Source: the human T2T-CHM13v2.0 reference genome, Homo sapiens
Reading direction: 5' to 3' (one strand)
Length of the DNA stretch: 64,000 bases
Assembly: GCF_009914755.1 (NCBI RefSeq)
Contig: NC_060927.1
Shown here: piece by piece, positions 1 through 13,054 of the stretch
Layout: each line of letters starts with the position of its first letter
Position numbering within the stretch: the stretch's first letter is position 1
Translations under genes and position numbers: made by a program
The notes under the pieces: model-generated
What the model was told of the DNA's origin: nothing
What the model saw: only the letters and a program-made list of their open reading frames with translations
The model's database searches: none

Positions 1-570
1 ATTCTGATTTTGAGACATAGCTTTTGGCTCACTAATATACCCTAATAGAGACTGAGCATCCAACCAAGGGGTATCAAGTGACCTTGGTGTCTGACCTACC
101 CAACATTAACTTCTCATCATTATCTGACCCACCAACTGTAAAGTTGGATGTACACAGCAGCAATCCACGTGGTTTATCCAAGATCAGGCTCAACCAGATT
201 TTGAAGCCACAAGTAAGTTGCATGGGCTTAGACTCCCATGGTAACCACTCTTGCTGCATTGTTGTTTATGCTCAATCCATACCAACAGCCCCATGGAAGT
301 TTCCTGTGACTATTTGACTAAGGAAGATAAAACTTAGGTCTGGTTTACAGATGGTCTATACAGTATTCTAGCCTGAGCCAGAAGGAAATATTGCTGACTC
401 ACTCTGAAGTGTGAAAAATATTGAAGAATCCATTCCTGGGCAAAACTTTAATAGCACATTTGATATCCACTTTGCCAGACAGAAATATGGTAAAAGAAAT
501 GGATCCACCTCGATTCTTGAGCAATGGCTAATGATTTAGCCACATGGTTCAGGAACTGGAAAAACAACTC
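1..570 (+). mobile_element. ERVL-class endogenous retrovirus internal fragment (pol, RT-connection/RNase H region), decayed
   Basis: Colinear with the recalled HERVL/ERVL pol sequence: tttgagacatagcttttggc, tctgacccacc, cacaagtaagttgcatg, tggtttacagatgg (WFTDG motif), gcaatggctaatgatttagc (AVANGLA-like). Many stops and indels. Confidence 0.8.
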
Positions 571-574
571 TGTA

Positions 575-1510
575 AGAGGAATGTCAGTGGGAATGGTGGA
601 ATAAGGACCTCTGAAAATCTGTTTCTCCATAAAAGCAATGAGAACACTAGCAAATTGTAAAAATCAACTTTTTCAGAACTCTGGAAATTAACCAAAGGCT
701 CATAACAATCCAAGGAGTGTTTATTCAAGAAAAAGAGCTGACTCAGTAAGAACAGCAAGCTATGTGATATTTTAACTTGCCCTATTCCCATTCCCCTCTC
801 CTAGCTACCCAGAAGGCTTGAAAATAAACAGTTTGTAATCACAGCAAAAACTAGAAGCCTAGCAGCCACTGGAGGAAGCAGACAGGCACTCTCCAAAATC
901 ACCAATTCAGAGAATTGTCATTATTTGACCTCTCTGGCAGTTTCTTGGAAACTCTCACTAGCAGGTCTTTATATGACCTGACTGGAGCTCACTTAGTGTG
1001 AACAACCTTTTCCTTGAGGACATTTAGCAAAAACAATCAGCAGCAATTGTTTCCTATCACAGCTGCCTGAGGTGGCAATAATAGGCAATCAACAAACTGA
1101 CCAAGAAACTTAAAAGGAAAAGCAAAGTCCATAAGGAGCTTTGAAAAGCGCTGACAACATCCTGGAAATTTAGAAGCCCATTCATAAGTTCAGGGCTGTC
1201 CACATGCCCAGGACTGCACACACAGCCAGAAAAAAACCTTGAGAACACTCCAAACTCTCATCTCTGGCTTATCTTGAAGTTCTGCTGAAGTCTGAAGTAA
1301 AGGCTACTGCTTGAGCATTGAAAGCATGTCCTGATATGCACACAGAGTTCCTCTGCAAAGGCTGGGAAATTTATTGGTTCAAAGCATTGAAGGAAGTCTC
1401 TATGCAATCATTAGCTAATCTCTAAGCTCATTGAGCAAAGACTTCAGCAGCCACACACAATAAAGAATGTAGACTTTACCAAATTAGTTCAGGAAAGTCA
1501 CTAAACAAAC
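575..1510 (+). mobile_element. Ancient L1M (L1MC/L1MD-class) 5' UTR fragment
   Basis: ggaataaggacctctgaaaatc...ccataaaagcaatgagaacact...aatcaactttttcagaactctggaaattaaccaaaggct resembles the recalled L1M 5'-end consensus. Confidence 0.65.
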
Positions 1511-1618
1511 AAATCGCTTCCATATCTCAGTTTTATGCTCGTGGAAAACCTGTTTTTCTTCTGCTTTTGAAAGTTCCAGACCTTTAACATTTCCTTCAGT
1601 TCCATGTATTTTCTGCAT

Positions 1619-2043
1619 TGTCTTAGTCCATTTTCTGTTGCTTGCAACATAATGCCTGAAACTAAGTAATTTATAAAGAAAAAATTCTTATGATTCTGGA
1701 AGCTGGAAAGTTCAACATCAAGGGGCTGAATCTGGTGAGGGCCTTCTTGCTGGTGGGGACTTACTGCAGTGTCCCAAGGCAGTGTAGGGTATCCCATGAC
1801 AAGGTGGCTGAGTGTGCTAACTGAGGTCTCCCTTCCTCTTCTTATAAAGCCACCAGTTCCACTCCCATGACAGCCCATTCATCTATTAACCAATTAATTC
1901 ATTAGTCCATGAATGGATTAATCCATTCATGAAGGCAGAACCCTCATGACCCAATTACTTCTTAAAGGCCCTGCCTTTACTGCTACATTGGGGATTAAGA
2001 TTCAATATGAGTTACGGAGGGGATAAACATTCCAACCGTAGCA
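1619..2043 (-). mobile_element. MST-family (MSTC/D-like) MaLR solo LTR
   Basis: Begins tgtcttagtccatttt and ends caaccgtagca; internal atggattaatccattcatgaaggcagaaccctcatgacc is typical of MST. Confidence 0.85.
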
Positions 2044-3971
2044 GGGGTGATAGGCCTCCACTATTCTGTGTCCTTCTTTTCCCATCTGAATCTTAGCTGA
2101 GATTTCAGCAGTCTGGCCTGTTTCTTAATTGACCTTATCATTCCCTATTGAGAATAGTATGAACACTGCTTGCTGGAATGGTGCTTTCCTTCTGTTTGCT
2201 TTCACATTGCTTTTCTGGCCCAGACATTTGTCTTTCTAACTTATTCCTCTAGATTTTTTTTCTTTTGGGTTTCTCCAGAGTGTCTGATGCCAAGTCAAGG
2301 AATGAACAGTTTTCAAAGCATGCCATTTTCAAACAAAGCTTGTTTATCTTCACCTGCTTGAGTTGTATAATACCACTCAGGAGGCATCATCTCATCAGAT
2401 CAATATCCAACTCAGGACTGACCTCAATTTATTTTTATCTTGCCTGGCTCTCTACTAGTACATCTTATTTGCCCTGTGAGTTCCCCTGGGGGGGATCATA
2501 ATTCCATAAATTTTCCTGGCAGGTTTCGTCAGGCACAGGCAATTCCTGCTTCCCCATCTATGATAACTGTACAATTTTCCAATTTGCGACTCAGTGCCTT
2601 CAGTATTTTATCCTGGCTTCTCAGGCTTCCTCATTCACATTTGTCCAAATATTGTGCGTAGCTGTCTCAGTCCTCAAGGGGTGCTTACCCATGTGTTCTT
2701 ATTAGGGAATATCTATCTGCAGTTTTATAGAGATATTCCTCAATAGTTTCCTAATTTCAGGAACCCTCTAGAGAATCACACTCATCTCCTCCCTGAGATC
2801 AATTATCTTTTCTGATCTTAGAGCAGTTGTATAGCAATCCCTTCATCAGACAGGAGCAGCTAGATAGATGTGCTTCTCCTGTCCAGTTTCAGATATGTCG
2901 AATTTGGCCTCCAAGAACTTCTTCTCTTTCATATTTGTCTAGACTATATGCTAAGACTTTAATCATTTTCCTAAAGAAACGTCTCCCTTCTCCCCGTTAA
3001 TCAGATGTCTTCCTTTATTTTTATTTCATTCTTCCACTTGCTCCTATTTTAATAGTAAGATCAACACATAATTTAAATAAATTCAGTTCCTCCTAATTCC
3101 CTGAGCAAACCTGATTATTAAACACAAAGTGTTATGAAGACAGACCTTTATATTGTCTTCTTTTATTCTGATGGGCAGTAATTATTTATTTTCTTCATCC
3201 CAAGAAAATGTCCCACCCCTATTTAACAAAAGCTCCCAATTCAAGTTTATGATGTTTGGTAAAACCCATGACCCTTCTCTGTGGGACTGTAAGGCTTAGG
3301 TCTCTAAAATCTGTATTGAGATCTAACCTCATGTAATTAACAAAAAGCCTCTCAAAAGACAGCACCATATAAATTCCTGTCTCTGACCATACCCCTGAGA
3401 GTAGAGAGGAAACAGAAAAAGATAGCTCAAGCCAACTCAGAACCTCACTGCATATCTTCAACTACATGTCAGACTTTCAGGGAAAAAAAGAGCTTAGTGC
3501 CAGTTCTGTCAGTACTATAGAACCTTGGAATTGGGTCTGGGCCAGGTCACTGCCCTAGAGCCACCATGCCTTGGCAGTATCACGTACACTTACCTCTGAT
3601 CTGCTCTTGATGAAGCACTGGTCAAAACCAGCACTGTTGGGCCAGGTTTCGCTTCTGGAAACTTGGCTCTAGCAAGTCTCCTCTCTGTAGTCCCATTTGC
3701 AGCAGTGTCATCCACCTATCCCTGCACGGACTCCAGGCCAAGCTCTTTGCCACCCCGATTCCGCTACTTTGGGTTCCATTTCTGTCATGAGACGGTGTGG
3801 TACAGTGATAGTGGTATCACTACTAACATCAAACTGTTATTATATATATGTTATTACTACATGTTTTTTATAAAATAGTTATACATTTTTTAAAATCAGT
3901 TCTTTTTAAAATCAGTTCTTTTACAATAAAATTTACTTATTATATAACATTGTGGGGTTTTATTTACAATA

Positions 3972-4086
3972 AAATGAAAGCTCCATAAGGATAGAAAGTA
4001 TGTCTTTCTGTACCACTGTATCCCCTGCATCTAGAACAGTGCCTGGCCCATCATAGATGCTCATTAAATATTTGTTGAATTAATAA
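3972..4086 (+). mobile_element. L2 3' end
   Basis: atgaaagctccataagg...ctagaacagtgcctggcccatcatagatgctcattaaatatttgttgaat is the L2 terminus. Confidence 0.8.
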
Positions 4087-4317
4087 GTGGTTAAGAGCAG
4101 AGATTGGTGTCAGAATATTTGCACTCAAATCTGGGTGCCACCACTTTCTAGTTGTGTGACCTTAGATGACTTAGTTAACCTTTATGAGCTTCAGTTTGCT
4201 CTTCCGTAAAATGGGGATGATAGTAATAAGCACAAGCTGTGATGTGAGAGTTAAGAGAGTTCACCCATATGAAGAGCTTGGCACGTAGTGAGGGCTGAGT
4301 TAGTTTTAACCATTATT
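4087..4317 (+). mobile_element. MIR SINE
   Basis: gtggttaagagc...tgtgtgaccttagatgacttagttaacc...cagtttgctcttccgtaaaatggggatgata is the MIR core. Confidence 0.85.
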
Positions 4318-4752
4318 CTTCTGACTGCATACTAGATAGCTCCTCTTATATGCCCCACAGGGGCACTTCAGAATCCAATTATATTCACTAGCTAACCATT
4401 CATCCATTCTTTGAAGCTACAAAGTAAGAATTATCTTCAATTACCGGCTATTCTTCATCCACAATCACATTAGACACACAGACATATTGTGCCAATATGT
4501 CTCCATCAACTGCTTTCTCTCAGCCCAACTGGCCAAGTCCACCCTCTGTGTTCTCACTTATATGGGAAAGTCATGCCTTTCTCAGAGTCTTTGTCACATT
4601 GAATGGATTCTGACTTATTGGTATACTTTCCTCCCTAGAGGGCAAGCTCCCCAATGCCTCCTAGCTTGTCTTGTTCTGCCTAAAGGAAACTATCACACCC
4701 TTAGTAGTCAATAAGTAACTCCTCAGAAAATAATGCTAAAAAATAAAGGTTC

Positions 4753-5181
4753 TGTAGCAGATACTGCAGAAGAACTAGACAGATTTTCATTTCCAATCTC
4801 ACTATCCCATGCCTATCTCCATTCTGTTGAAGCTATAAAAACCAAAAGCTGGTTTTCTCAGCCTCTCCTGCAGCCAGGAGTAGCCATATACCATAGTTAT
4901 GTTGCATGAAGCAGAAGTGGAAGCCTGTTGGTGCCAACACTTCCCTTTCTTACTTCTTTCTGCCTGCAACATGGAGGAGGCCTGGGGTAATGCAGCATTA
5001 GGTGAGCATGAATGGGATGACACCAACATTCTAAGGATGCCAGAGAAATCTCGAGGAGCCTGTGTCCCTCATAGCATTTGTTCAATCTGGAACTGCATGG
5101 GGAAAATAAATCATTATTTGTTTAAGCCAGTATTAATTAGGTTGCCTATTATTGCAGCCAAACACATTCCTAACTCCAACA
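4753..5181 (+). mobile_element. MLT1 (J/K-like) MaLR LTR
   Basis: tgtagcagatactg start; 3' aaataaatcattatttgtttaagcca...tgcagccaaacacattcctaac. Confidence 0.7.
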
Positions 5182-5309
5182 GGAACACTTGTAGAATGAA
5201 GCTCCAATCAACAACATGGCACAGAAAATTTCCTGCATACTGGAAAAAAAAAAATGAGTCTTGTTTGAGCTATAAATAATCATTGTACTCTTACCTATTG
5301 CGATAGACC

Positions 5310-6180
5310 CTGTATGAGATCCACTGGACACTCTTTAACAGCTGGTGTGCCCCTCTCCCAGGTGCTGCAAATGGTGCCATTAGCGGCTTACCTGAGTAAA
5401 CTTTGCCAGAGAATTGTACTTGACTAAAGAGAATAGCTGGCCATGAGATGCCTAGAAGTTTACGTGACCAAGGGAGGAGGCAGATAGTGGCAAATAACTA
5501 ATAAGTGATATAAGAATAAATAAATTAAAAAGCCCAGCAGGGCACAATGGCTCATGCTTGGAATCCTAGCACTTTGGGAGGCTGAGGTGGGAGGATTATT
5601 TGAGTTTAGAAGTTCAAGACCAGCTTAAGCAACATAGCAAGATCTTGTTTCTACTAAAAATCAAAAAAAAATTAGCCAGGCATGGTGGTAGGCATCTGTA
5701 GTACCAACTACTCAAGAGGCTAAGCTGGGAGGCTAGCTTGAGGTGAGCAGATCAAGGCTGCAGTGAGCTATGATTACACCACTGCACTCCAACCTGGGCA
5801 ACAAGCAAGACTGTCTCAAAAAAAAAAAATTAAGAGTCCAACCGCTTCTCCATGGCACCATGCATGCTCCAGAGCCCGCATGGATAAAAGCCAACCTGGA
5901 CTACTGTAGCCTTGCTTGATTCTTTGCCTTCCAGTCCTGCTTTCCTCACTCCCAAACAGGTAGTTCCTGAAGAGTATTCCCTCAAAGAGGGAAGGAGAAA
6001 AGAAGAGAAATTTGAGAAAGCAGTTTATAGACATCACCATGGCTGTTCACTCAGGAAGATAAATTAGGGGAAGGAGATATTCAAATGCAGGAACCTGAAA
6101 GGAAATATCCATGCTGTAGAAAATCACATGTACCCAAATCTCTGCCTCAGGTTCTGCTTCTAGAGACCCCAAACAAGATA
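5310..6180 (+). mobile_element. LTR16-family (ERVL) LTR, interrupted by an AluJ and a ~135-bp insertion
   Basis: cccctctcccaggtgctgcaaat..., ctagaagtttacgt...; 3' end aaatcacatgtacccaaatctctgcctcaggttctgcttctagagacccc. Confidence 0.65.
5536..5829 (+). mobile_element. AluJ
   Basis: Dimeric Alu with J-type features and A tail; approximate TSD aaattaaaaagccc / aaattaagagtcc. Confidence 0.95.
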
Positions 6181-6916
6181 CTTACCTACAAATTGCCCAT
6201 TTTAAGAATATTTTCTTCTGAAGGGAAGAATAGGGATACCAATGCCAACACCGCAATCTGGAATCTCAAGCTGTTCACTGCGTTAAGATTGCTCTCAGTC
6301 CCACTGGAGATGCCTTTGTCTTCCTGCATGTTGTTGCTGTATATCAGTTGGATGTTTCTAAGAGGCCACATGGTCTAGAAGCATTAGTAGAAAACTTGGA
6401 GGCTGACATTGATGGATTTCCAACACCATCGAAGTTTATCAGGGATCTCAGAACAGAGCTAAGGGATTTTGAGAGTAGGTTTCATTCTGTGAGCAAACAT
6501 GATAGGAAAAGAGATATTTGCCTGATGTATGGGAAAAGGTATCTCTTTTGGTCCCCAGATTTCACCTGTGTGAAGTACCAAAAGATATGGAAAATTTCAG
6601 AGGACTCCAGGAAGTGTAAATGTGGAGAAAATTCAGTGTAAGTCTTTAGATATTAAAGTATTAAAAGAGGTCCACATTCTATTATGAATAAATGGCCCAT
6701 CAAGAGCAAGCAATTGTAAGAAAAATAAAGCCTTGGTAAATGGTGTGTAACAAATAGTCCACTTCTTCAATTGCACATGACAAGGGCCATTTTATAAAAA
6801 TCAAACATAGATGTGGGTAGTATAAATATTAATTTTCAAAATGTCAGAAAATGACTAACAGAAAACAGAAAAATAGGGAAGTAAGGTTGTAGAGGAAAGA
6901 ATGTGAATGAAGGAAA

Positions 6917-6982
6917 TTTTTTTAACTTTTATTTTAAGTTCAGGGGTACATGTGCAGGTTTGTTATATAGGTAAACTTGTGT
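6917..6982 (-). mobile_element. Very short L1P 3' terminus
   Basis: ttttattttaagttcaggggtacatgtgcaggtttgttatataggtaaacttgtgt. Confidence 0.85.
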
Positions 6983-7369
6983 AAAAATAAACAAGATAGA
7001 AAACAATACCTATATTTTAGCTAATCAGAATAGGAATTACAGAAAGCAGGTTGTAGATGTCACCATGACCATCCATTCAGGACGATAAATTAGGGGAAGG
7101 AGATATTCAAGTGCAGGAACCTGAAAGGAAATGTTCCTGTCCTAGAAAGCAGAGACTCATCACAAAGTGAAGCAGGGGAGAAGCTCGTAGACATGATTCT
7201 TTTCAGTGTCCTGAAAGTAGTAAGAAGAGAAATACACCTCGTCTTTGAAGTCAACAAAGCTGAACTCTGTGTACTGCAATTTTTCTGTGTACCTGCAATT
7301 TGTGAAACCAAAATAATTATATTTTCAAAATAATTTTAACTCTGACATTTCTCATCCTGTAGCTAATCA

Positions 7370-7625
7370 GTATAATATTGTGGTTAAAAACACAAATCCT
7401 GGATTAGACTGCCTGAGACAAATTCAAGTTCTGCTACTAATTTGTTGTTTGAAGTAAAGTCATTTAAACTCTTCTAATTCAGTTTCATCATCTATAAATG
7501 AGAATATTATTAATACCCGTCTCATGAGGCATATTGGCAGGTTGAAATGAATTAATACACATCAAGTATTTAGAACGGTATCTGCCTCATGGGAAGTGCT
7601 CAGTTACATATTAGGCATTAGTATC
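7370..7625 (+). mobile_element. MIR SINE
   Basis: tgtggttaaaaacac...cagtttcatcatctataaatgagaatatta...gaagtgctcag. Confidence 0.75.
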
Positions 7626-8567
7626 ACATGTGACATAACTCCACCAGGTAGTAGAGTACACAACAGGATCAAAGAACTAAGCTTTGGTTCTAGGGCTGGC
7701 AGTTAAGAAACGCAAGACCTTGTTCTCTCAAGTGGTGGCAGGGAAGGTAAACAGGTTTCTGTGAGCAGCCTTTGAAGTTTGCCATGGATTGACTCATGAG
7801 GTATTAATTTTTTTGAGCCGTGACTCATGGTTAGCTCAGTTGGTTCACTGTACTTATATAGCCTGGGCTCTGGTCTGATCTTCTTATGAGTTTTCTCCCC
7901 CACCACTTCTCTGGGGTCACAGACTGTATCCAATTCCTGATAAGCTACTGTGCACATAGCTATACTTAGTCTAAGGAAATTGAGTCAATAACCATCACTA
8001 CTTGAAGAAAAATTCAGAAAGCCATCAGTCTCCAGTTATTTACCCGGCAAATGAAACTCACATTTACTTAGGCCCCTGTTAAGTAACAGGCACATAGCAA
8101 GAATCAGACATGGCATTTCATGAATACAAGCATATTTAATCATCATATCAACCCTATCATGCCATGAGCCCCATTTTACATTTTAATGTCCTTCCTAACT
8201 GTAAACATAAACACATGGTCACATTAGTAAAACTGACACAGTGACACTTCTGCTTCATTCTTTTAGTTAAAACCCAGATTCAAAGGAAGAAGACTACACA
8301 AGCACATGAATACTTACTCCACTTATTTAGGGGGTGAGATACATTGGAGTAACAGACCCTGTCTCTGCGGGGCTTAGTTCAAATTCCCCAGACAATCAAG
8401 TTCATCCCAGTCCATCCAACCAGTTGTAGCCAGAGAGGAAGAGTCATATAAGACGAACATGGCCTCAAAAGCCATTCTTTCATTTAGAGCTATGTGGTGG
8501 AGAGAACAATTCTTAGAAACAAAGAACGTTAAGTCCTGCAGTTTTGTTCTTAAGATTGCCTTCGATA

Positions 8568-9194
8568 TGGTATTAGTTTTCTACTGATCCTGTAACCATG
8601 TACCACAAACTTAACAGCTTAAAACAACACAAATTTATTGTCTCACAGTTCTGTTAATCAGAGGTCTAGATGGGCTCAACTAGTTCCTCTGCTTTGGGTC
8701 TCACGAGGCCAAAACTATAATATCAGACAGTCTGGGTATTTATTTGTAGTCCCTTAGGGATAATCTCCTTTCAAGTTCATTCAGGTTTTTGAATGAATTC
8801 AGTTCTTTGCAGCTGTAAGACTGAGTTCTCCACTTACTTACTGGCTGTTATCTGGGAGCCTCTAACAGCTATAAGCCCACCTGCAGTCCTTGTCATGCTG
8901 CCCTCTCTATCTTCAAACCACCAGCAATGGTTTGAAGATGAGTCCTTCACATACTTCAAACTTCTCTGGCTTCCTTGCTGCATCTCTTCTGTATTCAGTC
9001 TAAGAAAGTGCTCTGCTTTTTAGGGCTCACATGATTAGATTGGGACTATTCAGGTAATTCAGGATAATCTTCATATTTTAAACTCCATAACCTTAATTAC
9101 ACCTGCAAAGTCCTTTTGCTATGGATCATAACTATTCACAGGTTCCATAAATTAAGATGTGACCATTTTGGAGGGATCATTTCTCCCTACTGCA
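8568..9194 (-). mobile_element. MLT1E-like MaLR LTR
   Basis: gtattagttttctactg...taccacaaacttaacagcttaaaacaacacaaatttatt...ccttaattacacctgcaaagtcc. Confidence 0.8.
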
Positions 9195-9639
<445 letters not shown>

Positions 9640-9704
9640 AAATGGCGCCTTTTTATTTTTTTAAAATTTTGTTGGTAACACACTTTTTATTAGGCATGAT
9701 GTAT

Positions 9705-9772
9705 CATCAAAATTTAGCACAGTACTTGGCAAATCCTAGGTACTCAACAAATGTTTGTTGAATGAATGAATT
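9705..9772 (+). mobile_element. L2 3' terminus
   Basis: tagcacagtacttggc...taggtactcaacaaatgtttgttgaatgaatgaa. Confidence 0.7.
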
Positions 9773-10302
9773 GCACTTTATCTAAACTCCTTTTATGAAC
9801 TTTGACATTTAATACTTTTTCTTACAGCTATTTGTGTACAAGTCTTGGTTTCTTTTGAGATGGTGAGCATTGTAGGGTAGGGATATTTTGGAGTCAGCTG
9901 TCTACATCAAGTTTCTAGCATCAGGTTTGATATGTTATAGAACCCATTAAAGCGTCCAAATATGCTATAACTAGTGGCATGAAATATCTGGACTGGTGAA
10001 GTATATTCTCAAACTCCTTGCTAACTTATATTCATAGAAACTTACGTTGCATGAGGTATTATCGATGAATTATTTCATAAAACATATGTATTCCACATAT
10101 TCTCTAGTGTCTGGGGTCTGGACTCCAGACCCTCTAAATTATATCATTGGGTTAAGTCAGAAAGTTGTATACCTAGTCATTAAGCTTTGTAATCCTGGGA
10201 GAATTCATTTTTCTGAATTATATTTGGCATTACGTCACTGGGCTGTATTGAAGCACATCCCAGAAAACAGTGTTGTGAAATTCAGTTTGTGCTGACTGTT
10301 GA

Positions 10303-10653
<351 letters not shown>

Positions 10654-11131
10654 AAGGTATCTTCTTAATGAAAACCCACAGGGAAAATTCTCTCCATCCC
10701 CAGAACTGTGAATAACTGTTCATTTCCTTAGCAACTGTAACTTATGTATCTGGTCAAATTTCCCACTTTGTGTTGCTACTAGAAAGATCACTCTTAATTA
10801 TTGCCAACTTTTAGCAAATGACACAGGATATGATAAGCATTTGGAATTTAAGTATTAAGCTTAGAAGGCAAAGCAGAAAGTCAAAGAGAGATCCATGAGG
10901 GTGGAAACTCCAAAGAGCAGGTGCCATGTTTGTTTCCTTCATGCCTGTATGTGCAGCACCTATATATTAAATGAGTGGGTGCTAAACAACACAACGCATA
11001 TTCTGAAAGTAGTGTACAATACAGGATACAACCATAAAGAGAGAAGGGAAAGAGGGGAAGGAAGAAAGACTACAGTGCTTGTAACGCCAAGCAATTAATT
11101 AATATGACACATTTAATGTGACTTTTTCCCT

Positions 11132-11441
<310 letters not shown>

Positions 11442-12169
11442 TAAATTTTTAACTTAATGTTTTTATTTTTTAAGAAAAGGGACATCTATTAGCAAAAGAA
11501 AGCAGTTCTTTGTGTACCGACATGGGAAGACACTCACAACAAAGTGAATACAAATATGTACTGTATAATCGCATTTTGGTTTTTGCAAGACAAAATCCAT
11601 ATGAATTTTTGTAGGTTTTTTCTAAATATATAATCATATAGCCAGCGGTACAAAGAGAAGACTAGCAGTTCTGACCCCTGTTCTACTTTCTATACTGTAT
11701 TGTTGTGACCTTGACTTGGGATATCTTATTATAAGGGTGACAATGGTACAGTGAGATTTGGTATGAAATTAATTTCTTTGTGTTGCCAGTGGCAGTTTAT
11801 ATTGGTAAACGTGGGTTGTCAGTTTAGCACTTCTTATCTGAAGCCATCACGATGTTCATAAATTTTGATCAATTTTTTTCACATCTGGGCATTTATCATA
11901 AGAAAATTACCCCAATGAATAATAAAGGTCTGTATACAAAGGTATTTATTGCTACCATAATGAATATATTTACCAATCCAAACCAAGTGGGGGTAAAATA
12001 TTGAGATATCTTTTTTTTTCTTAACATTTCTGTCTCTCAGCTGGATGATATTTGAAGCAGATCTTGTAGCTTTTTCAGTCAATTTAAAGTATTAAACATA
12101 AATAACACTCTCATTCTGGGGTATTCAAATGTTTAATGAAATCTAAGTCAAAATTTCAACCTAATTTCA

Positions 12170-12810
12170 TTTAAAATGCTTGGTTTGATCTGAGCTTAGA
12201 AACCTGATTGGGAGGCAGTAGAAGAAGGGAGCAGAAAGACAGCTTTTCCTATTTTTGTTTTACTTCCTTTCTCACTTCTCTGCTGAGAATGGGGGCCAGC
12301 AGAAGAGAAGAGAGATAGATTAAAAAGTCATTTCACTGATATTAATCTGGGGTCAGAGCTCCCTGTAAGGGTCAGATACCTAAATGCTAGCCCTTTCTCT
12401 TTAGTCCATTTTTTGGGGAACTCCCCACTTAGGGGCCTCCCTCTACATTGTTCCAGTGAAAGATAGGCTCTTGGCTTGTGATTTACCTCACTGGCACAGG
12501 CAGAACTTTGGGGCAGAGTGCTTTAAATTCAACATAGCCCCAACTATCTTCCAAGGACCACACTTGTCCCATTACAGCTAAAAGTACTTCTTATTCCTGC
12601 TGCTGCTGCACTCCCAACTCTCTGACCTGGGGAAGGTATAACCAGCCCCTCACATTTAATATTTCTAGATGTGTACCAGAAACTAGCCTCTGTGTCCTCC
12701 AACACAGGGCACACCTCCCAGAAGTTCTATTGAGAACTTTTTCACCTGGCTTAAGTGAGGAGAGGGGAACACCGCACTCCTTCATCTCTCCCCAAAGAGA
12801 TTTATATACC
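12170..12810. mobile_element. Possible ancient LTR (family uncertain)
   Basis: Non-coding block whose composition resembles old LTR78-like elements; no diagnostic termini identified. Confidence 0.3.
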
Positions 12811-13054
12811 CCATCCCTCCTATCCCTCTCCCCATCTATCTATCCCTCACCCCATATACATAGAATACAGGCATACAGAACAGAGTGATGGGCTTTGGGA
12901 TGGGAGGTGGAACTGGCTGGTTGAAAGCTCCATTTAGCAAGGACCACATGAATAACCTGGCCCCTCTCTTCAGATGCATGGGTACTTACTCTTTTGTCCC
13001 CACTGCAGCTCTGATGCAGAAAGGCATTCTGTGACACCGCTTTACTCATTTACT

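Noticed and set aside
6348-6641. 97-aa ORF with a protein-like look (LEALVENLEADIDG...)
   Set aside because: It starts at TTG, I recognise no homolog or domain, and the length is compatible with chance.
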